NCBI GenBank assembly: GCA_963790475.1
Contig: CAWBOS010000012.1
Coordinates: forward strand, 224,001-288,000
Source: an uncultured delta proteobacterium
Lineage (GTDB): Bacteria; Desulfobacterota; RBG-13-43-22
Direction of reading: 5' to 3'
Length of the DNA: 64,000 bases
Positions 58,650 through 64,000 of this stretch are shown piece by piece (position 1 is the first letter of the stretch; each line of letters opens with the position of its first letter). The translations under genes were made by a program, and so were the position numbers. The notes under the pieces were generated by a model. That model saw only the letters and a list, made by a program, of their open reading frames with translations, was not told where the DNA came from and made no database searches.

Positions 58650-58856
58650 ATGATGAGAACAACATTGGATTTACCTGAACATTTAATTGATGAGGCCATG
58701 AAGGTGACTCAAATTAAAACAAAAACCCAGGTCATTATAAGCGCCTTGGAAGATTTAATCATAAAGTCGAGGATATCCGGGTTGAAACAGTTTAAAGGTA
58801 AGGTCAATTTGGACATTGATTTGAACGCCATCAGAGGGCGTCAATGTCGGTCTTAG
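58650..58856 (+). CDS. vapB: VapB antitoxin (RHH/DUF2191 type)
   Basis: MRTTLDLPEHLIDEAM...TKT; RBS AGGAGG; overlaps the PIN gene. Confidence 0.85.
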   Translation: MMRTTLDLPEHLIDEAMKVTQIKTKTQVIISALEDLIIKSRISGLKQFKGKVNLDIDLNAIRGRQCRS

Positions 58857-59224
58857 TTGATACCTCTCTCTGGATAGAATATTTCAGAAGCGGAAATAAT
58901 TCTGAAAAACTGGATCACTTAATAGATAAGAACCTGATTGTTACTAATGACCTTATTCTCTCAGAATTGGTCCCGGCTTTAAGAGTGCGCCGGCAGGGAA
59001 AGATTGTGAATTTATTATTTCAAATTCAAAAGTTGGAACTATCCATAGATTGGAATCAAATTATCGACTTCCAATTCAAATGCTTAAAAAATGGTTTAAA
59101 CGGAATCGGAATTCCGGATCTTATTGTTGCCCAAAACGCGATACAAAATCACTGTGAAATTTATTCACTAGATAACCATTTTAGACTCATAAAGGGCATC
59201 CTTGGACTTCAACTTACCGGTTAA
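58844..59224 (+). CDS. vapC: VapC PIN-domain toxin
   Basis: VLVDTSLWI, SEL, PDLIVA, SLDNHF. Confidence 0.9.
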   Translation: MSVLVDTSLWIEYFRSGNNSEKLDHLIDKNLIVTNDLILSELVPALRVRRQGKIVNLLFQIQKLELSIDWNQIIDFQFKCLKNGLNGIGIPDLIVAQNAIQNHCEIYSLDNHFRLIKGILGLQLTG

Positions 59225-59590
59225 TAATATTTTTTGAACCCTTCCTTAAAGAAAGGCGTGACCAAGGGATTGTCTGCCGGGGGATGGGACAAACTTCGAT
59301 ATATAAGTCAACAGGGTAGAAATAGACTGTCTGTCGAGAAAATACAATTTACTTTCCGGGAGTCATTATGACGAAAGGGGAAATCTCTTGACGGCTGAGA
59401 ATGAATCTACAGCGCAGTGGAACCCGATTATTGACAATTCTCCAATGATGTTTACTTTCAATGCCGTATGCCAGACGCCTAAAAGGTAACGAATCGATCT
59501 GAAAAGAAGAGTCTTTTAGTTTGGGTTGGTTCAAAAGGGGTATAATAATCGCGTCTCCAAAAACAACGGATGTGAAAAAAGATAGATCCA

Positions 59591-60532
59591 ATGGTCACAA
59601 AAAAGAAAAAAGAAGATCCGGAAGCGGAAATTGAAAAAACAGAAGCTTCCCAAAAGATGCAGGACCTAAAAAAACGGATCATCCGTTTTTGCCGGAATAA
59701 AGGAGTTGATTTAATCGGCTTCGCCCCGGTAGAACGCTGGGCTGAAGCCAAAGAAGTACCCCCGGAATTCTGGCCTCAGGCCATCTGGCCGCCCGCCAGA
59801 ACCGTAATCGTCCTGGGGCTGGAAATGCCGCTGCCTATTGTGGAAACCACTCCATCCGTTGTCCATATGGAGATGTATAAAACCGCCAATGCGGAACTGG
59901 ATCAATTGGCTTACGATCTGACCCGGTATCTCAATCGTCTGGGGCATGCCTCCTTTTTCTTTCCCCGGGACGGTTACGGCAGTATGAGGGCCTTGAAGGA
60001 AAATAATCGGGCGGCCTTTGCCCATATTCCCGCGGCCAAATATGCCGGCCTGGGGACTGTGGGAGCCAGCCATAATCTTTTGACTTCGGAATTCGGCCCC
60101 AGAGTCCGTTTTGTTTCCGTATTCACTTCGGCCAGGATACCTCCGGATCCTATGATTAAAAAAGAGCTCTGCATCAAGTGTGAAGCCTGCGCCAAGTGCT
60201 GTCCCAAAAAAGCGATCAGTATCCGGCCTGACCGGGTAGTCGGCGATTATGACGATCAAGCCTGTCTGGAAATGGCCGAAGAACTCGTGGCCCGGAGGTG
60301 TTTCCCTTGTGGAATCTGCACCAAGGTTTGCCCCGTCGGCCGGGACCGGGCTGTCTATAAGCAACCCGGGATCACGAAAAAATACCTGAGGGAAAAAGAG
60401 GCCCTGGCCGCTAATCCTGAGGACCCCGAATACCGGGCCTGGACCCATCTGCGTAAATACGGGGTTGCTCAGGGGAAAAAGCGTGAAGGGGAAAAGGCCG
60501 GTGCCGGCCCGAATGGCAAGGTGGTTTCCTGA
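59591..60532 (+). CDS. Epoxyqueuosine-reductase-like (QueG/RdhA superfamily) Fe-S protein
   Basis: GVDLIGFA, HIPAAKYAGLG, FGPRVRF, CIKCEACAKCCP, CGICTKVCP. Confidence 0.83.
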   Translation: MVTKKKKEDPEAEIEKTEASQKMQDLKKRIIRFCRNKGVDLIGFAPVERWAEAKEVPPEFWPQAIWPPARTVIVLGLEMPLPIVETTPSVVHMEMYKTANAELDQLAYDLTRYLNRLGHASFFFPRDGYGSMRALKENNRAAFAHIPAAKYAGLGTVGASHNLLTSEFGPRVRFVSVFTSARIPPDPMIKKELCIKCEACAKCCPKKAISIRPDRVVGDYDDQACLEMAEELVARRCFPCGICTKVCPVGRDRAVYKQPGITKKYLREKEALAANPEDPEYRAWTHLRKYGVAQGKKREGEKAGAGPNGKVVS

Positions 60533-60580
60533 AGGAGTTATGACCTAATCTATTTATTAAGAGGAGCAGATATTAGGTTG

Positions 60581-60776
60581 TTCACCGCAAAGCCGCAAAG
60601 TGCGCAAAGAAAAAAATATTTTTATTGATTGCCGGTGAGGGGGCCGGCAATCAATAGCCTTTGCTACCTTGCGGATAATTGTTTGGCTGGAGGCCAGGGC
60701 TGTTTTGTTCAATCCAACCTCTCATGGGATTGAACAAAAATAATTCTCTCTGCGATCTTTGCGGCTTTGCGGTGAA
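60581..60776. repeat. ~196 bp nested-hairpin element (family B, copy 2, inverted)
   Basis: Reverse-complement homolog of 1084-1278. Confidence 0.85.
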
Positions 60777-60837
60777 CGTAAACTCTTTTTTCAAATATCT
60801 AAAAAGTTACAGCAAAGCGAATTTGTAGGAGAAGGCT

Positions 60838-61575
60838 ATGAATTTGGAAGAATTCTGCGACCGTTTCCAGGCCCATCTGAACCAGGGTCCCAGTACCCCG
60901 CTATTGGGGGAGGCCGGCCGGCAGCTCTTAAGGGACTTGCTTAAAGATCCCTCCTGGTTCGGGGAATTCCTGCAGAAATACATTGCCGATCCGGCCTTTC
61001 TTTCTGACCCACCGGCATCCATATTCGATAATGAAATAAAACTCTTTCGCAGCCCGGACAAGTCTTTTCTCCTCCTGGCCTACATCTGGGACAACAGCGG
61101 GCTGGGCCCTATTCATGATCACGGGGCCTGGGGTATCATCGGGGGTTTGATCGGTTCCTTACGGGAAATCAAGTACCAAAGAATGGACGATAACCAGGTT
61201 GAAGGATACGCCGAATTGAAACAAATTTCCGATACCCAGATTAAGCCCGAAGATATCCGGATGATCCTTCCCTTGGATAAAGGCATCCATCAGACCGGAG
61301 CGGCGGATGATCGGCTAACTATTACCTTCCATATATATGGGAGAAGCCTTCGGAAGGGATATATTCATTATTTCGATCCCGCTGAAAAAAAAGTCTCCCA
61401 GTCCTACAGGCGACTTCAGTTTCGAAAGGTTTTAGCCCTTCAGGCCTTGGTTGCCCTGGGAGAAGCGGTCGGGAAAAGGTTTTTAACCCTGGATCTGATT
61501 CAATCCTTACCGGAGGATTTAGTCAAAGAGTTTCGGGTGATCTCTTTGGCCTCTGATAAATACCTGCAGGAATAA
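60838..61575 (+). CDS. Cysteine-dioxygenase-like cupin
   Basis: YIW...PIHDHGAWG, GIH, TFHIYG. Confidence 0.8.
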   Translation: MNLEEFCDRFQAHLNQGPSTPLLGEAGRQLLRDLLKDPSWFGEFLQKYIADPAFLSDPPASIFDNEIKLFRSPDKSFLLLAYIWDNSGLGPIHDHGAWGIIGGLIGSLREIKYQRMDDNQVEGYAELKQISDTQIKPEDIRMILPLDKGIHQTGAADDRLTITFHIYGRSLRKGYIHYFDPAEKKVSQSYRRLQFRKVLALQALVALGEAVGKRFLTLDLIQSLPEDLVKEFRVISLASDKYLQE

Positions 61576-61831
61576 TCATCTGGATGAACAAGGTCCCGGA
61601 TTATATGGTTCACCAATTTAAAAAAATGTATGGTATTTCCCCTCAATTGTATGGTGTAAACAAGCATATTGAACTTGTTAACTCAATACTTTCTTGCAGA
61701 GTGCGGGCTGGACAGTGTAAGGGAAATAGAAATCAATAGGACAATCCTGATAAGGTAAAGTTGGAAAAAATTGTATCCGGGAACAGCACGGACGGCATAT
61801 TTGTTAATGAAATGGAATGGAAGAAGAGAAC

Positions 61832-61848
61832 TTACTGAATCCCGTGAA
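61832..61848 (+). repeat. 17 bp direct repeat, left copy
   Basis: TTACTGAATCCCGTGAA, identical at 63580-63596. Confidence 0.75.
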
Positions 61849-61994
61849 CAACGACCGCTTGTCCCAGGGGATCGGTAATCCAAGAACGGCATCCTGATTC
61901 TTGACCGGGGGAAAAAGAGGCATACTCTTCTGGAATTCCGCATAAAAACCTTTATGCTTGACATAACGCATAAAATCTGGTAAGTTAAATTCTC

Positions 61995-62276
61995 ATGATC
62001 GTAAGCTTTAGAGATAAGCGAACGCAGGAATTTGCACAGGGGAAGCGGGTCAAGACCTTTACCGGATTTGAATACAAGGCGGAAATGAAGCTTGATCAAC
62101 TCGATTCGGCTACTTCATTGCTTGATTTGGACTTGCCCGGAAACCGTCTCGAAGCGCTTAAGGGAGACCGTAAGGGTCAATACAGTATTCGCATTAATGA
62201 CCAATGGCGGATTTGTTTCGAGTGGCCGAAGGGTACCTTGGGGCCGATCAATGTTCAAATCATCGATTATCATTGA
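61995..62276 (+). CDS. higB: HigB (RelE-family) toxin
   Basis: MIVSF.DK.T, PGNRLEALKGDRKGQYSIRINDQWRICF, IIDYH. Confidence 0.93.
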   Translation: MIVSFRDKRTQEFAQGKRVKTFTGFEYKAEMKLDQLDSATSLLDLDLPGNRLEALKGDRKGQYSIRINDQWRICFEWPKGTLGPINVQIIDYH

Positions 62277-62284
62277 GGTGCAAT

Positions 62285-62602
62285 ATGGGACGTAGTGCTA
62301 TTCATCCCGGCGAACATCTCGCCGAACAACTTCAGGCTCTGGAAATGAGTGCGGCTGAATTGGCCCGCAGGCTCAAGGTTCCTACTAATCGCATAACTGA
62401 AATCCTGAATGGCCAGCGAAGCGTGACCGGGGACACCGCCTTGCGATTGGGACATTTCTTTGGAACGAGCCCGGAATTCTGGCTGAACCTTCAGAAAATA
62501 TTCGAATTGCGTCTGGCCGAGAAGAAATCCGGAGAAATGATCCGGACCTTACCAAAACTCTCCAAACCGATAAACAAACAAAGCAACAATGCGCATCCTT
62601 AA
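62285..62602 (+). CDS. higA: HigA antitoxin
   Basis: IHPGE.L, HTH, TGDTALRL..FFGTSPEFWLNLQ. Confidence 0.93.
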   Translation: MGRSAIHPGEHLAEQLQALEMSAAELARRLKVPTNRITEILNGQRSVTGDTALRLGHFFGTSPEFWLNLQKIFELRLAEKKSGEMIRTLPKLSKPINKQSNNAHP

Positions 62603-62945
62603 CTGGCCAACTTCCCTTCCATTGTTCAAGTGCATCAGGAAAATGGGGAGGACTGCCCTTAACTAAATAATATGTTTTAATAATTTGTTCAAAAAAGAAA
62701 TCCAAACCTTGAAAGGATGTCCTATGAAGCAGTCCGACAAGACCCCATATTTCTGAAAAAAATATGGGGTCTTGTTTTGAGGAGATAGAGTAACAGAAAC
62801 AAACGGGCGGTTGAAGGGAATGAAATAGGTTTTGGTCTGGCTTTAGAACTTGGGTCAATAACAGACTTGATCCTCAGACCTTTGGCCCTTGAAAAAGAAT
62901 AGGAATGATGTATAATGGTGCTGTATAAAATATTTGAGGTGTGAC

Positions 62946-63179
62946 ATGGTACGGACACAAATTTATTTGACAGAGCGTCAGCGTGAAAAACTGGTGGCCA
63001 TCGCCAAGACTGCAGGGAAAAAGCAAAGCGAGCTGATTCGAGAGGCCGTCGATCGCTTCATCAATCAAAAGGGCCGGAGTACCCGGGAGGCCGTATTACG
63101 CGAGGCCGCTGGAATTTGGAAGGACAGGACGGATCTTCCTGACTTCAAGGCAACACGGGCCGGATGGGACAGGGGCTGA
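62946..63179 (+). CDS. CopG/RHH antitoxin
   Basis: MVRTQIYL, SELIREAVD, AAGIWKDR. Confidence 0.87.
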   Translation: MVRTQIYLTERQREKLVAIAKTAGKKQSELIREAVDRFINQKGRSTREAVLREAAGIWKDRTDLPDFKATRAGWDRG

Positions 63180-63181
63180 AC

Positions 63182-63565
63182 ATGGCCAGGGCAATCCTTT
63201 TTGACACTGATGTTCTGGTTGATTTTTTTCGCGGCACAAGGAAAGCCGTGGACTTAGTCAACCTGCACTCAGAGAGGATCATCCTATCCTCAATCGTCGT
63301 TGCGGAGTTGTTCGCCGGTGTGAAAGGGGATACGGAACTGGCTGTTTTGGAAAAGTTTATCTCCCTCTTCCGTGTTGTCCCTGTAAGTACCGAGATTGCC
63401 AAGGTTGGAGGACTTTATAAGCGTGATTACGGCAAGTCTCACGGCGTAGGGCTCGCCGACGCTATACTGGCAGCTACTGCTGAAGCCGAGGATGCTGAGT
63501 TGAAGACGCTCAACATCAGGCACTACCCTATGTTGAAAGGTCTTGAATCAGCGTACAAGAAATGA
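63182..63565 (+). CDS. vapC: VapC PIN-domain toxin
   Basis: LFDTDVLVD, VAEL, LADAILAATA, TLN.RHYP. Confidence 0.9.
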   Translation: MARAILFDTDVLVDFFRGTRKAVDLVNLHSERIILSSIVVAELFAGVKGDTELAVLEKFISLFRVVPVSTEIAKVGGLYKRDYGKSHGVGLADAILAATAEAEDAELKTLNIRHYPMLKGLESAYKK

Positions 63566-63579
63566 ATATGAAGGAATAT

Positions 63580-63596
63580 TTACTGAATCCCGTGAA
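63580..63596 (+). repeat. 17 bp direct repeat, right copy
   Basis: TTACTGAATCCCGTGAA. Confidence 0.75.
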
Positions 63597-63633
63597 GATG
63601 TCCCCTCGTGACCAAAAAAGGTAGTATAGTTAT

Positions 63634-64000
63634 ATGGCAAATTTACTCGAAATCACCGGAAATGACATCGCTCAACTGGCTGATGCAGATCTTCGCGATT
63701 TAGTCGGTTTATTGTGTGAAGCGGATTATCGTTCAGCCGATCTTCCCATTAAAGGAATAACTTGGAGCGGTCATCAAGATGCTCGTGACGGTGGTCTGGA
63801 TGTTGTTGTTCGAGACGAGGTTCGCCCACCCTCGACTAGCTTCGTTCCAAGAAGGAGAACAGGATTCCAGGTAAAAAAGCCCGACATGAATCGGGGGGCG
63901 ATTCTCAAGGAGATGCGACCCAAAGAAACTTTGCGGGAAGAGATCAAAACTCTAATTCAAGAGAGCGGGGCATATATTATTGTCAGTTCAACCGGGTCAA
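63634..64000 (+). CDS. N-terminus of a protein with a PD-(D/E)xK (Mrr-like) nuclease domain; runs off the window
   Basis: Manual translation MANLLEITGNDIAQLADADLRDLVGLLCEAD...DARDGGLDV...TGFQVKKPDM...GAYIIVSS; frame open to the edge. Confidence 0.7.
   Translation, partial: MANLLEITGNDIAQLADADLRDLVGLLCEADYRSADLPIKGITWSGHQDARDGGLDVVVRDEVRPPSTSFVPRRRTGFQVKKPDMNRGAILKEMRPKETLREEIKTLIQESGAYIIVSSTGS

Noticed and set aside
57750-63600. Integron cassette array
   Set aside because: No convincing RYYYAAC...GTTRRRY attC sites and no integrase in the window
1-64000. CRISPR array, tRNA or rRNA genes
   Set aside because: No regularly spaced repeat-spacer run, cloverleaf or rRNA-like segment seen; the repeats are dispersed palindromes

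Overview
A gene-dense 64 kb bacterial window from a probable anaerobe; gene content and repeat styles suggest Desulfobacterota/Deltaproteobacteria (inference). It is dominated by acyl-CoA and redox metabolism: two acyl-CoA synthetases, four SDRs, an enoyl-CoA hydratase, a carboxyltransferase, a tandem pair of class III CoA-transferases, an HMG-CoA-synthase-like/DUF35 fusion with an SCPx-type thiolase, and two acetylene-hydratase-like Mo/W-bisPGD enzymes. It also holds a lipS1-lpl-GGR(lipT-like)-pfkB lipoate-assembly cluster and a glycyl radical enzyme with its activase and a tandem PNPOx-like protein whose function I cannot assign. Accessory DNA includes an IS1182 element with a CTAG target duplication, four type II toxin-antitoxin pairs plus a nucleotidyltransferase pair, a frameshifted GIY-YIG gene flanked by REP-like palindromes, and the start of a nuclease-domain gene at the right edge. 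The intergenic DNA is rich in structured repeats: MITEs inserted into REP loops, nested-hairpin elements with conserved complementary loops, and a duplicated hairpin-terminator leader. At least five genes are frameshifted and at least three loci carry deletions, which may reflect decay or assembly error. No rRNA, tRNA or CRISPR array was seen. All calls come from motif recognition by eye; no database searches were run.
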